Origin: an uncultured Gammaproteobacteria bacterium
GTDB taxonomy: Bacteria > Patescibacteriota > Patescibacteriia > UBA11705
NCBI GenBank assembly: GCA_964592195.1
Contig: CAZQEI010000005.1
Coordinates: forward strand, 5,689-69,688
Reading direction: 5' to 3'
Length of the DNA stretch: 64,000 nt
The position numbers were made by a program, and so were the translations under genes. The notes under the pieces are model-generated. The model had not been told where the DNA came from and did not search any database. It saw only the letters and a program-made list of their open reading frames with translations. Each line of letters starts with the position of its first letter. Position 1 is the first letter of the stretch. Below, piece after piece: positions 21,350-32,285 of the stretch.

Positions 21350-22165
21350 CTAAACATCTATGTATTCTTTGGGCAAGCCTCTTAAAAACTCCACTGAATA
21401 CACTGGCCCATCTTTACAAACATAACAAGAACCCAGCGCGCAATGTTGACACACACCAACACCGCAATGCATTCTTCTTTCCAGTGACAAATAAATATCT
21501 TTGGGTAAAATGCCTTTTTCTTCCAAAACTTTAACAACAAACTTATACATCGGTTCTGGACCGCAAACATAGACATCAGCGTCTTTTAACAATTCAGTGG
21601 TTTTAATTAAATCAGTCACAAAGCCTTTTTGAGTTGACCAATTAGGAAATTCAGTTTCTTCCAAAATTACATGCATACTAATTTTACTTTTCCAACTTTC
21701 AAGTTCTCTTTCAAAAACAACCGAATCATGATTTCTGCATCCCATAAAAGCTTGAACTTTTATATCTGTTCTTAACATGTTTTCCACCAACACTGAACGT
21801 AACGGAATAAAGCCGCAACCACCGCCAACGATAATTAAGTTGCGTTTAACCTCGGGAAAACCGTTACCAAATGGACCGCGAATATATAAATAATCACCAA
21901 CTTCTAATTCGTTAATCTTCTCAGTTAACTCACCTGCCGTGCGAATACTGACATCAAAATATTCTCGACTGTCATGCCGATTGGAGGCCAAAGTAAAAGG
22001 AGCATCACCAAATCCGGGTAATCCGATCATTAGAAATTGCCCGGCGGCAAACTGAAATTCTTTTTGAACTTTTGTTTCAAATTGCAATCGAAAAGTATTG
22101 ATCAAACTATTTTCCTTAATCTTCTGTATGATTTTCGCCCGGATGGGCAAGAGTGGATTTTTCAT
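21350..22165 (-). CDS. hydG: hydrogenase gamma subunit (FAD/NAD(P)-binding with C-terminal 2Fe-2S), sulfhydrogenase/AsrB-like
   Basis: Ferredoxin-reductase-type fold (GGGCGFIPLRS) and a C-terminal CGVGVCQHCALGSCYVCKDG cluster motif. Confidence 0.8.
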   Translation of the reverse strand: MKNPLLPIRAKIIQKIKENSLINTFRLQFETKVQKEFQFAAGQFLMIGLPGFGDAPFTLASNRHDSREYFDVSIRTAGELTEKINELEVGDYLYIRGPFGNGFPEVKRNLIIVGGGCGFIPLRSVLVENMLRTDIKVQAFMGCRNHDSVVFERELESWKSKISMHVILEETEFPNWSTQKGFVTDLIKTTELLKDADVYVCGPEPMYKFVVKVLEEKGILPKDIYLSLERRMHCGVGVCQHCALGSCYVCKDGPVYSVEFLRGLPKEYIDV

Positions 22166-23144
22166 CTTGTTTATTTAATGAGGTTAAGACTTGAGCTATG
22201 TTAATTCCCGCCGGACAAACTTTAAAACATCGCATACAGCTGACACAGCCGGCATAGGAAAATTGATCAGGAATACGAACGAATTTATGAAAATACCAAA
22301 AAGCAATTTTCTTTTTCACAGTATCTAAATATTCATGGCCTCCGGCAAGACCGGAAAAATCGTTAAAAAAACAAGAAGACCACTGCCGCACTCGGTTAAT
22401 GGTATCATGTTCAAATTCGTCAACCGTATCAAAACAAAAACAAGTAGGACAAGTCACGGTGCAACGACCGCAGGCAATACACTTGGCGCTGATTTCATCC
22501 CAAATAGCTTTTTGCGCACCATTGTAAACTCGAGAACGAAGATCATCCAGCTTTTTTGAACGGCCAAACTCTGGCACAAAACCAACAAACTCAATATTTT
22601 CATAATCAGTAATATCGTTTTTTTCCAATAATCTTTGTCCATTTTCAGACCCCGAAAAAACAATTAAGTTACCATTTTTTTGGGCTTCAATAAAAACATC
22701 GAAAGCTCGATGTTCTAATATATTTTCCTCAAAATCATGATGAAAAATTTGATAACGTTTATAATCATCTTCAATTCCTTGACTGAAGCCGACAATGTGC
22801 AAGTTTCTTCGTCTTAATAAATAGTATTCATCCTTCGCAAACACCTGTTCAAACAAACCAAAAGCTTCCAAATCCAAGATGTTCATGCCAAAGATAACAG
22901 TCGGTGGAAACTCTTTAGATTCATCAACAAACTGTTCTTTTTTTAATGTGGCTAATACTTCACGGTCAGGTAAAAAAATTGATTTATAAGTATTGGTCGG
23001 AATTTGTCCAGACCAATCAACTTCTTTTGGATCGGTGATTTTTTTAACCACCACATGGTCGTCAACTTTCACCGGTGCGTAAACAATGTATTGAGATAAT
23101 AATTTTGCCAAAAAAAGATTGATTTGCGCTTTTTGCATATACAC
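22116..23144 (-). CDS. hydB: hydrogenase beta subunit (4Fe-4S dicluster), sulfhydrogenase/AsrA-like
   Basis: CIACGRCTVTCPTCFCFD and CVSCMRCFKVCPAG ferredoxin-type motifs. Confidence 0.8.
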   Translation of the reverse strand: MYMQKAQINLFLAKLLSQYIVYAPVKVDDHVVVKKITDPKEVDWSGQIPTNTYKSIFLPDREVLATLKKEQFVDESKEFPPTVIFGMNILDLEAFGLFEQVFAKDEYYLLRRRNLHIVGFSQGIEDDYKRYQIFHHDFEENILEHRAFDVFIEAQKNGNLIVFSGSENGQRLLEKNDITDYENIEFVGFVPEFGRSKKLDDLRSRVYNGAQKAIWDEISAKCIACGRCTVTCPTCFCFDTVDEFEHDTINRVRQWSSCFFNDFSGLAGGHEYLDTVKKKIAFWYFHKFVRIPDQFSYAGCVSCMRCFKVCPAGINIAQVLTSLNKQDEKSTLAHPGENHTED

Positions 23145-23186
23145 TTATTATACAAAATTTTACCAACTGTGTAAAACAAAAATGCC

Positions 23187-23308
23187 TACGAATGACGTAT
23201 TTGCTACGCCTGCCCCGCTGTGCGGGGAAACTACATATACATATAGTGAATAACTAAAAGTTCTCAATATCCTAATTCGTAGATACGTAGCTGATTCGTT
23301 ATTGGTAG
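23187..23308. repeat. Composite GTAG-rich intergenic repeat family R2, copy i
   Basis: ctacgaatgacgtatttgctacgc + GC hairpin cctgccccgctgtgcgggg + cgtagatacgtagctgattcgttattggtag. The same architecture recurs at 33100, 44970 (inverted) and 52425. Confidence 0.6.
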
Positions 23309-23371
23309 GAGCCATATATCTTAATTAACAAAAAACAAACCGCCTGCGCGATCTGTCTTAAAGAATGTAAT

Positions 23372-23497
23372 TTATCTAGCCTTACTAGCTTTTTGAGCTT
23401 GTTTTCTAGCGTTTTTCTTGATAGTTCGAGATTTCTTGTCGAACTTTACCGGGTTATGGAACTTACTTGGTCGATCTGTTGGTCTTACTTTTTTCAT
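23372..23497 (-). CDS. small basic protein (41 aa), possibly ribosome-associated
   Basis: MKKVRPTDRPSKFHNPVKFDKKSRTIKKNARKQAQKASKAR is highly Lys/Arg-rich. It is below the ORF-track cutoff and has no secure family assignment. Confidence 0.3.
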   Translation of the reverse strand: MKKVRPTDRPSKFHNPVKFDKKSRTIKKNARKQAQKASKAR

Positions 23498-23570
23498 AAA
23501 ATAGTGTTGATTATTTTTTATATAATAGCACAAACATTAAAATATTTCAAGTTTTCGCCATTAATATACC

Positions 23571-24221
23571 TTATACATAATTTTCCGCTCCACAGTGAGG
23601 ACAATTAACTATTTTGTTAATAGTTGAAAATCTTACCCGATTCCATGGAACATCACTCTGGTACTTATATTGAAAGTCCTTTCCACAACCAAAACATTTT
23701 GTTGTTTTAATACTTCTATTAAGGCCATATACATTATATATCCCCTGATCAATATCAATTGCCTCTGGTATCGTATACTCACTCAGAGAAACTTTTTTAT
23801 TATTTAAATCTTCAAGAATTTTTTCTAATTTTGCCCGCTCTACTGCATTTTTAGCGTCAACACCAGAAAGCTTATCGGTATATCCTTTAATTAATTCGTT
23901 AAGATCTTTTTCATAAAGTTTAGCTTTCTCATCTCTCTCTTTATAAATACTTTCCATTGCCTTTTTTGCCTTTATAATATCTTCTTCTTGCCTATCAAAA
24001 AAATCATCAACTCGCTTTTTTTGATCAGAACTATTCTTCCACAAATAAACAGAAACAACTATCGCAATAACTGCAATTAAAATAGTTAAAAAACCAATCA
24101 TCAAACCATAGGGATTTGTCCACAAACTAAGCTGTTGATTTGTTTTTTCAACGATAGATGCATAGTTATTCAACATAGCATCGTATTCAGTTGGAACACT
24201 TTGTAATACTGTTTCTTCCAT
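23571..24221 (-). CDS. membrane-anchored coiled-coil protein with C-terminal Zn-ribbon
   Basis: One TM segment (GLMIGFLTILIAVIAIVVSVYL), a charged coiled-coil region, and C-terminal CFGCG...CPHCG. The likely start MEETVLQ is at 24219-24221; the track ORF start at 24278 reads through a tRNA-like fragment. Confidence 0.4.
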   Translation of the reverse strand: MEETVLQSVPTEYDAMLNNYASIVEKTNQQLSLWTNPYGLMIGFLTILIAVIAIVVSVYLWKNSSDQKKRVDDFFDRQEEDIIKAKKAMESIYKERDEKAKLYEKDLNELIKGYTDKLSGVDAKNAVERAKLEKILEDLNNKKVSLSEYTIPEAIDIDQGIYNVYGLNRSIKTTKCFGCGKDFQYKYQSDVPWNRVRFSTINKIVNCPHCGAENYV

Positions 24222-24254
24222 ATTTTCTGAGTAAATATGTAATACTAAGATATT

Positions 24255-24273
24255 TGGAGCGGATAAGGGGAAT
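24255..24273 (-). repeat. tRNA 3'-end-like fragment (minus strand ...ATTCCCCTTATCCGC-T-CCA), copy 1
   Basis: The 19-nt tggagcggataaggggaat is exactly repeated at 24400-24418. It has no 5' acceptor partner (no GCGGATA upstream), so it is not a complete tRNA. Confidence 0.5.
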
Positions 24274-24399
24274 CTCACGTCGTCACGAATTATTCGTGAC
24301 TCCCGTAGGGGTTTCCACCCCTACGTTACCCCCAGAATATAGGGGGCATACCCCCTATCACCCCCGGTTCGATTCCAAAGCAGTCATATTTAATTATTC

Positions 24400-24444
24400 T
24401 GGAGCGGATAAGGGGAATTGAACCCCTCTCTCAACCTTGGGAAG
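24400..24444 (-). repeat. tRNA-like remnant, copy 2: T-arm (GGGG-TTCAATT-CCCC), acceptor 3' strand and CCA, plus anticodon-loop-like CTTCCCAAGG
   Basis: It shares the 3' 19 nt with copy 1 and the loop CTTCCCAAG with the downstream tRNA-Gly. The D-arm and 5' acceptor region is replaced by the CCTGCCTGCCGGCAGGCAGG palindrome (24445-24464). Confidence 0.45.
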
Positions 24445-24464
24445 CCTGCCTGCCGGCAGGCAGG
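24445..24464. repeat. REP-like 20-bp perfect palindrome CCTGCCTGCCGGCAGGCAGG
   Basis: Exact copy. Confidence 0.7.
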
Positions 24465-24512
24465 GTCGCATAAAATAAATTACATTACATTATTCTAATC
24501 GTACTAAATATC

Positions 24513-24586
24513 TGGAGCGGGGTACGAGAATCGGACTCGCGTCTCTTGCTTGGGAAGCAAGCATACTACCACTGTACTAACCCCGC
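24513..24586 (-). tRNA. tRNA-Gly (anticodon CCC)
   Basis: The minus strand reads GCGGGGT-TA-GTAC-AGTGGTA-GTAT-G-CTTGC-TTCCCAA-GCAAG-AGAC-GCGAG-TCCGATT-CTCGT-ACCCCGC-T-CCA. This gives a 7-bp acceptor, a 5-bp anticodon stem, U33, anticodon CCC, A37 and an encoded CCA. Position 55 is C rather than U, which is unusual. Confidence 0.7.
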
Positions 24587-24695
24587 CTAGTCATTGATCA
24601 TTAGACAAAAAGCAACTGAATTATACCTGATTTAAACCAAAATTGGAAGAGTCACTAAAAATAAAAATCAACCCATTTAGGTTGATTAATTTAAT

Positions 24696-25763
24696 TTATT
24701 CTTTGACAAAATGCATCTTTCTCGTGTCCATATCAACGACCACAGCCATGGGATTCATCAGTTTGGCAAATTCAGGGTACTTATCTTGAATTTTTTCCAC
24801 AGCGAATCTTTGCATAAACAATGCCTTTTCTCGTGCCAACAATGGTTCCACTCCAACAGCATCACGATAAATGGCTGAGCACAAAAGAACAAAATTCTCA
24901 TGAGTAACACGACTGCCTTCCATATTACTTTTAATAATACCAGCCGCTTTTTCAATCGGCTCATCCAGATTTGGACTGAACGGTCCGATGATCAAAGCCA
25001 TGTTCGGCTCATGCAACCAGTCAAAGCCACGACCAACACCAATCACCCATTCTCGATGTTCAGTATCACTCAACGGTCGATTACTCAGTTGCACTTCTTC
25101 AATGTGAGCAATATTACCAACAATCAAAGGCAAGAAATCTTCCAAAATTCTCGACGGCATGTCCGGATACAAACGCTTCAACATCATCCGCAAAGCTTTT
25201 TCGGATTTATCTTCAATTTGAGAAACATCGACAACTTCACCATTTTCACCATTCAAAATTACCGCGTCCAAATCAGTTTCAAAACCAAAGAGCACAGGAT
25301 AGACCACTTGATGTTGACTGCCGAAAACCCGTTCCACTTGTTGCTTCAACTTCCGCGTTTCCGACAATGCCAATTCATAATTATAACCATAACCAGCACA
25401 ACCACGATGAGTATTTCCACGCGAATAGTGATAAGTAACCAAAATCAAACATTTCTTTCCGTTGCTAACCGAATACTTCACCCAATTCATGACATCCAAA
25501 CCAAAGTGCGGCCAACCCATATCAAACTGTCCACCAATGTTGCGCCAAGGTTGAATGATTCCAAGTGGCGTGTTTGTGGCCACGGGAATATGGATTCTGC
25601 CATCCATACATTTAAAAGCCGCGATTTCTGTCGGATGTTTCGCGCGATACAATTCACGTGCCAATCTCGCATCTGGACTGGAAAATTGATCTGAGTGCTT
25701 TTTGTTCAACCTCATCAAATAACGAATCTGTTGTCGACTATTCACGTATCCTCCTTGTCCCAT
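24696..25763 (-). CDS. beta-carbonic-anhydrase-like zinc protein (long form), paralog 1
   Basis: FKCMDGRIH (C-x-D-x-R) and HYSRGNTHRGCAGYGY (H-x-x-C-x-G) resemble the two beta-CA zinc-ligand motifs. The protein is about 355 aa, longer than canonical beta-CA. Confidence 0.4.
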   Translation of the reverse strand: MGQGGYVNSRQQIRYLMRLNKKHSDQFSSPDARLARELYRAKHPTEIAAFKCMDGRIHIPVATNTPLGIIQPWRNIGGQFDMGWPHFGLDVMNWVKYSVSNGKKCLILVTYHYSRGNTHRGCAGYGYNYELALSETRKLKQQVERVFGSQHQVVYPVLFGFETDLDAVILNGENGEVVDVSQIEDKSEKALRMMLKRLYPDMPSRILEDFLPLIVGNIAHIEEVQLSNRPLSDTEHREWVIGVGRGFDWLHEPNMALIIGPFSPNLDEPIEKAAGIIKSNMEGSRVTHENFVLLCSAIYRDAVGVEPLLAREKALFMQRFAVEKIQDKYPEFAKLMNPMAVVVDMDTRKMHFVKE

Positions 25764-25879
25764 TTTAGGGACTTTTGGTTGTCAAAGTAGATGTATATAT
25801 TAACAAATATTATGGTTTTGTCAATCAAGCAAAAACCCCACTTTCGTGGGATTTTCGTGTATAGTTTCATCTTTTGAGA

Positions 25880-26968
25880 TTACTCAGTCACAACCGTCAT
25901 TTTACGCGTCACCATATCAACTGTGACCGCCATCGGATTCATTAAATCAACCAATTCTGGGAATTTAACTTTAATAGTTTCAATCGCAAACCGTTTCATA
26001 AATAAAGCTTTTTCCTTCGCCATCAACGGTTCTGAACCGGCGGCATCGCGATAAATTGCAGAACACAACAATGTAAACGATTGATTACCGGTACGACCAG
26101 CTTCCATGTTACTCTTAATAATACCGGCCGCTTTTTCAATTGGCTCAGCCAAGTTCGGACTAAACGGTCCAATAATTAAAGCTGTATTTGGTTCATGTAA
26201 CCAGTCAAAGCCACGACCAACACCAATCATCCATTCTCTATGTTCCGTATCACTCAACGGTCTATTGCTCATTTTTACTTCTTCAATATGCGCAACATTA
26301 CCAACTATTAAAGGTAAAAAATCAGCTAAAATTCTCAATGACATATCTGGGAATAATCGTCGTAACATGCTACGCAAACCTTCCTCAGTTTTATCTTGAA
26401 CTTCTGACAAATCCACCACTTCTCCATTTTCACCATGTAAAATCACCGCATCCAAGTCAGTTTCAAACCCAAATAATATAGGGTAAACAATTTGATGACT
26501 GGAACCATAAACACGTTCAATCTGTTGTTTCAATTTCTTTGTTTCACTCAAGGCTAACTGAGTATCATAGCAATAACCGGCGCAACCTCGGTGTTCGTGA
26601 CCACGAGAATAATGGTAGGTCGCCAAGATTAAACAATCACGACCATTACTAACGGAATATTTAACCCAGTTATTCACATCCATACCAAAATGAGGCCATC
26701 CCATATCAAACTTGCCACCCAAATTTCTCCAAGGTTGAATAATTCCCAATGGAGTATTTGTCGCAATCGGAATATGAATACGACCATCCATACATTTGAA
26801 CGCCGCAATTTCTGTCGGATGTTGGGCGCGATATTTTTCCCGAGCCAAACGAGCACCAGGACTAGAAAAAATATCTGAATGTTCTTTATTTTTTTTCAAT
26901 AAATATTCAATCTGCTCATCTCGAGTGATTGGATCATTATTTTGATTATTATTTAAATCACTTGTCAT
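25880..26968 (-). CDS. beta-carbonic-anhydrase-like zinc protein (long form), paralog 2
   Basis: A tandem paralog (FKCMDGRIH, HYSRGHEHRGCAGYCY), largely colinear with the gene at 24696. Confidence 0.4.
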   Translation of the reverse strand: MTSDLNNNQNNDPITRDEQIEYLLKKNKEHSDIFSSPGARLAREKYRAQHPTEIAAFKCMDGRIHIPIATNTPLGIIQPWRNLGGKFDMGWPHFGMDVNNWVKYSVSNGRDCLILATYHYSRGHEHRGCAGYCYDTQLALSETKKLKQQIERVYGSSHQIVYPILFGFETDLDAVILHGENGEVVDLSEVQDKTEEGLRSMLRRLFPDMSLRILADFLPLIVGNVAHIEEVKMSNRPLSDTEHREWMIGVGRGFDWLHEPNTALIIGPFSPNLAEPIEKAAGIIKSNMEAGRTGNQSFTLLCSAIYRDAAGSEPLMAKEKALFMKRFAIETIKVKFPELVDLMNPMAVTVDMVTRKMTVVTE

Positions 26969-27154
26969 ACGTTTTAGTGTATAAGTTAGTCAGTGAGTAA
27001 GTTCGTCAGTTTTTAAAACTTAATTACTTACACACTTATAAACTTACAAACTTATAAACTATATTATTAACTATTTAATTCATAAGTTCGTAAGTAAATA
27101 AGTATAAGCATCATCACTGACAAACTTAAAAACTTATGAACTTACAAGCTTGCT

Positions 27155-27592
27155 CTAATTATTCTCAATACTTCTCCCCGCTCCCTTTGTTAAATGTTTC
27201 TTACCAACTTTTAACCGTGCCAATTCTTTTTCCATCATAGCAGACAAGGCTGCAAATTCCTTGGCATCAAAGCGTTTAGTGTTTAAAGCTTCTTCCGCGC
27301 GTTTTCTGGCAGCCTCGGCACGTTCGACATCCAATTCTTCCGCGCGTTCTGCAGTATCGGCTAAGCAAACCACTTTATCGGGCAAAACCTCAATGAAACC
27401 ACCGGAAACCGCCAAAGAAATTTCTTCACCGTCTTTTTTAATTAAAACTTCACCCGGTTTAAGAACCGAAATCAATGGAATGTGATTGGGAAGAATGGTA
27501 ATCTCACCTTGCATAGTTGGCAAAGTGATCTGATCCACTTCTTCTTTGTAAACCACACGCTCGGGAGTGGCTATTTTAAAATTTATCTTCAT
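27155..27592 (-). CDS. atpC: F1 ATP synthase epsilon subunit
   Basis: The N-terminal beta-sandwich ITLPTMQGEITILPNHIPLI and operon position. Confidence 0.85.
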   Translation of the reverse strand: MKINFKIATPERVVYKEEVDQITLPTMQGEITILPNHIPLISVLKPGEVLIKKDGEEISLAVSGGFIEVLPDKVVCLADTAERAEELDVERAEAARKRAEEALNTKRFDAKEFAALSAMMEKELARLKVGKKHLTKGAGRSIENN

Positions 27593-27698
27593 ATTCGTAA
27601 TTCGTTATACGATAAACGTGAAACGATATGTAACTGGTAACCCGTAACCTGTAATCCGTAATATCGGTAATATCTGTAACACATCAGTATATCCGTAA

Positions 27699-29081
<1,383 letters not shown>

Positions 29082-29131
29082 TCAATTATTTAAATTTTTT
29101 CGTTATTAATAATTATTCCATTGTGGTTATC

Positions 29132-29151
29132 CCTGCCTGCCGGCAGGCAGG
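29132..29151. repeat. REP-like 20-bp perfect palindrome CCTGCCTGCCGGCAGGCAGG followed by cgtag and a second hairpin-rich segment (ggtgtcatccgacacc, ggcatgtcgaatgacatgcc)
   Basis: Exact copy between atpG and atpD. The flanking hairpin block also occurs at 640-690. Confidence 0.7.
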
Positions 29152-29226
29152 CGTAGTATCAGTAGCAGATCCGTAGATCCGTGGTGTCATCCGACACCAC
29201 TGGCATGTCGAATGACATGCCGTAGT

Positions 29227-30177
29227 CTATTTCTCCAGGGCCGCCTTACCAGAACTGATTTCAGCAATTTCCTGGGTAATGGCCGCTTGACGAGCTTGAT
29301 TAAAGATCAAGGTCAAACTGTTAATCATATCTCGAGCCGCATCAGTCGCATTTCTCATACTCAACATTCGGCTGCTGTGTTCAGACGCATCTGATTCCAA
29401 GACTGCTTGATACAATTGAACTTCAATTAACCGCGGTAACATCTGTTCGAGGACTATTTCCGCATCTGGTTCGAATAAGTATTCAAATTTATAATCACCT
29501 TTTTGTGAATAACGGTCTTTCTTTTCATCAATAAATTCTTTCTTCATGGTAACTTGTTCACTCTTACCAACTACGCCCAAATAACCATCTGGGTCAGCTT
29601 CTAACGGTAACAATTGTTTAACACGTGGCACTTGTTTAATACTGGAAACAAAATCTGTATAGGCCACCATGACTTTATCGTATTTCTTTTCTTTAAAACC
29701 AGAAATTAACAAATGTGCCAACGAAGTGACTTCTGCGGCTGATAAAATTAAATCTTGTTTAATAAAATCAGCAGCCACTTTTTTACCTTCACTTAACAAA
29801 ATATCTCTAGCTTTGGTTCCCATGGTTAATATTTCGGTGCTTTCAACAGAACCTTCATGTTTTTTTATGGAAGCCAAGGCTTTTTTAACTATATTATGAT
29901 TAAATGCACCGCATAAACCACGGTTGGAGCTAATCACTACCAACGCAATATTTTTACCATCGCGTTTTTGTAATAAAGGATGCAAGTTTTTATCAGTCTT
30001 TTCCGCTAAACTCAAAACTGTCACCCAAGCTAAATTAGCATAGTCCCGTGTGGCAATCACATTACTGACTGCGCGACGCATTTTTGCAGCCGCTACCATT
30101 TCCATGGCTTTGGTAATTTTTTTAGTATTACCAATGGATTTGATGCGACGTTTTAATTCACGTGTACCTCGTGACAT
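29227..30177 (-). CDS. atpG: F1 ATP synthase gamma subunit
   Basis: N-terminal RELKRRIKSIGNTKKITKAMEMVAAAKMRRA and operon position. Confidence 0.9.
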   Translation of the reverse strand: MSRGTRELKRRIKSIGNTKKITKAMEMVAAAKMRRAVSNVIATRDYANLAWVTVLSLAEKTDKNLHPLLQKRDGKNIALVVISSNRGLCGAFNHNIVKKALASIKKHEGSVESTEILTMGTKARDILLSEGKKVAADFIKQDLILSAAEVTSLAHLLISGFKEKKYDKVMVAYTDFVSSIKQVPRVKQLLPLEADPDGYLGVVGKSEQVTMKKEFIDEKKDRYSQKGDYKFEYLFEPDAEIVLEQMLPRLIEVQLYQAVLESDASEHSSRMLSMRNATDAARDMINSLTLIFNQARQAAITQEIAEISSGKAALEK

Positions 30178-30179
30178 AC

Positions 30180-31733
30180 TTATTTCACTTCTTTAGTTTC
30201 CAAAAATTCTGGATGAATAGACTTAAATTCTTCTATGGTTGATTTCAATTCTTTGACAATCTCATCGTTTAATTCTTTTTCTTTTACAATCTTAATCAAC
30301 AACTCTTTGGCTTGACCGTCAAAATATTGATGGAACAATTTTTCAAATTCATTCATTTGCTTCACATCCACATCATCGATAAATCCATTAATTACAGCAA
30401 ATAAAATTGCCACTTGGTGTTCCACCGCCATTGGCACATAAATACCTTGTTTTAGAATTTCTGTTATACGAGCACCTCGTCGTAATTGTTTTTGAGTGCC
30501 TTCATCCAAGTCAGAACCGAACTGAGCAAACGCAGCCAATTCTCGATATTGCGCCAATTCCAAACGCAACTGACCAGCCACTTTTTTCATGGCTTTCAAT
30601 TGAGCGGAAGAACCGACACGAGAAACTGACAAGCCGACGTTCACGGCTGGACGAATACCTTGATAGAATAAATCACCTTCCAAATATATTTGACCATCAG
30701 TAATGGAAATAACGTTTGTAGGAATATAAGCAGACACATCACCAGCTTGAGTTTCAATAATTGGCAAAGCAGTCAATGAACCACCGCCATTATCCTCATT
30801 CAACTTACAAGCTCTTTCCAATAAACGAGAATGTAAATAAAATACATCGCCGGGGAAAGCTTCGCGTCCCGGTGGGCGTCTTAACAATAAAGAAATTTCA
30901 CGATACGCGACCGCATGTTTAGATAAATCATCATAGATCACCAAGACATCCTTACCTTGATCCATAAAATACTCACCCATGGCGCAACCAGCGTAAGGCG
31001 CGATAAAGCTTAAGGACGCGGGATCAGAAGCACCAGCTACTAAAACTATAGTATATTCCATGGCACCAACCTCTTCCAACTTGGCAACAATCTTAGCAAT
31101 CTTAGATTCCTTTTGACTAATGGCCACGTAAATACAAATCATGTCCTGACCTTTTTGGTTAATAATAGTATCCACCGCAATGGCAGTCTTACCGGTCTGA
31201 CGATCACCAATGATCAATTCCCGTTGACCACGTCCAATTGGGATCATGGAATCAATGGCCTTGATACCGGTTTGCACTGGTTGATGCACTGATTTACGAG
31301 TAATAACACCAGGCGCCACTTTTTCCACTGGATAAAACTTTTTCGATTTAATATCACCTTTGCCATCAATCGGTTCGCCCAATGGATTAACCACACGACC
31401 AATCATTTCTTCACCAACCGGTACTTCCAAAATACGACCAGTACTGCGAACAGTATCGCCTTCTTTTACTTTTAAATAATCGCCAAGAATCATGGCACCG
31501 ACTAAATCTTCTTCTAAGTTCAAAGCTACTCCCATGACACCATTACCGAAATCCAACATTTCCGAAGCTCGACAATCGCCCAAGCCGGAAACCTTGGCAA
31601 TGCCATCACCCACTTCCAAAACACGACCGACATGATCGATGGAAATGGTTTCTTCAAAATTTTCAATTTGTTGGCGGAGGATATTCATCACACCTGATTT
31701 ATTATCCGAATGTTTTTTTGTGTCTTTTACCAT
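30180..31733 (-). CDS. atpA: F1 ATP synthase alpha subunit
   Basis: Walker A GDRQTGKT and full-length alpha subunit. Confidence 0.95.
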   Translation of the reverse strand: MVKDTKKHSDNKSGVMNILRQQIENFEETISIDHVGRVLEVGDGIAKVSGLGDCRASEMLDFGNGVMGVALNLEEDLVGAMILGDYLKVKEGDTVRSTGRILEVPVGEEMIGRVVNPLGEPIDGKGDIKSKKFYPVEKVAPGVITRKSVHQPVQTGIKAIDSMIPIGRGQRELIIGDRQTGKTAIAVDTIINQKGQDMICIYVAISQKESKIAKIVAKLEEVGAMEYTIVLVAGASDPASLSFIAPYAGCAMGEYFMDQGKDVLVIYDDLSKHAVAYREISLLLRRPPGREAFPGDVFYLHSRLLERACKLNEDNGGGSLTALPIIETQAGDVSAYIPTNVISITDGQIYLEGDLFYQGIRPAVNVGLSVSRVGSSAQLKAMKKVAGQLRLELAQYRELAAFAQFGSDLDEGTQKQLRRGARITEILKQGIYVPMAVEHQVAILFAVINGFIDDVDVKQMNEFEKLFHQYFDGQAKELLIKIVKEKELNDEIVKELKSTIEEFKSIHPEFLETKEVK

Positions 31734-31746
31734 ATAAAATTTTCAA

Positions 31747-32283
31747 TTATATATTAGCTATTTTATCTTTTAAGGCTTGTAATCGTCCTCGCAGACTGGC
31801 ATCAATAATCTGATCACCAACGTGTAATCGTAATCCGCCAAGCACATCATGATTAATTAAATTTTTCACAATCACTTGCTTACCTAATTTCTCTCCAAAA
31901 ATTTCAAGCAATTGCTTTTCTTGTTCCGGCTTCAAAGGCACAACTGACTCAGCGATTATTTCAACAATATTCTGAACGTGGTAATAATGTTTTCCGGCGT
32001 AATCAATCACTTCATCCAAATACCCTAAAGCTTTGTATTTTAATAAAATTAATATAAAATTATACGTTCGATGACTAATAAAATCCCCAAAAATAACTTC
32101 CAAAGCTTTACGTTTTTCTTTTAATGAAACATGAGGATCATTTAAATAATGCTTATAATCCGGTTCCAAGTTGATTTTCTCCTGAACATTTTTCAAATTA
32201 TCCAATAACTGCTCGAAAATATTCTCCTCTTGTCCGATTTGAATCAAAGCTTGGGCTAATTGTTTAATATTAATCTTTTTCAT
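31747..32283 (-). CDS. atpH: F1 ATP synthase delta subunit
   Basis: 178 aa OSCP-like protein between atpF and atpA. Confidence 0.75.
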   Translation of the reverse strand: MKKINIKQLAQALIQIGQEENIFEQLLDNLKNVQEKINLEPDYKHYLNDPHVSLKEKRKALEVIFGDFISHRTYNFILILLKYKALGYLDEVIDYAGKHYYHVQNIVEIIAESVVPLKPEQEKQLLEIFGEKLGKQVIVKNLINHDVLGGLRLHVGDQIIDASLRGRLQALKDKIANI

Positions 32284-32285
32284 GG

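Noticed and set aside
23393-23608. 71-aa plus-strand ORF between hydB and the Zn-ribbon protein
   Set aside because: It overlaps the better-supported 41-aa basic ORF on the minus strand and is hydrophobic and low-complexity. It is probably spurious.
24400-24475. tRNA-like copy 2 as a complete functional tRNA
   Set aside because: No 5' acceptor strand complementary to TATCCGC exists upstream. The D-arm region is occupied by a 20-bp perfect palindrome that cannot form a D-arm or anticodon arm.
24900-25694. 264-aa plus-strand ORF antisense to the beta-CA-like gene
   Set aside because: It lies entirely antisense to a well-supported minus-strand CDS. The translation is low-complexity (N/S/T/I-rich) with no motif.
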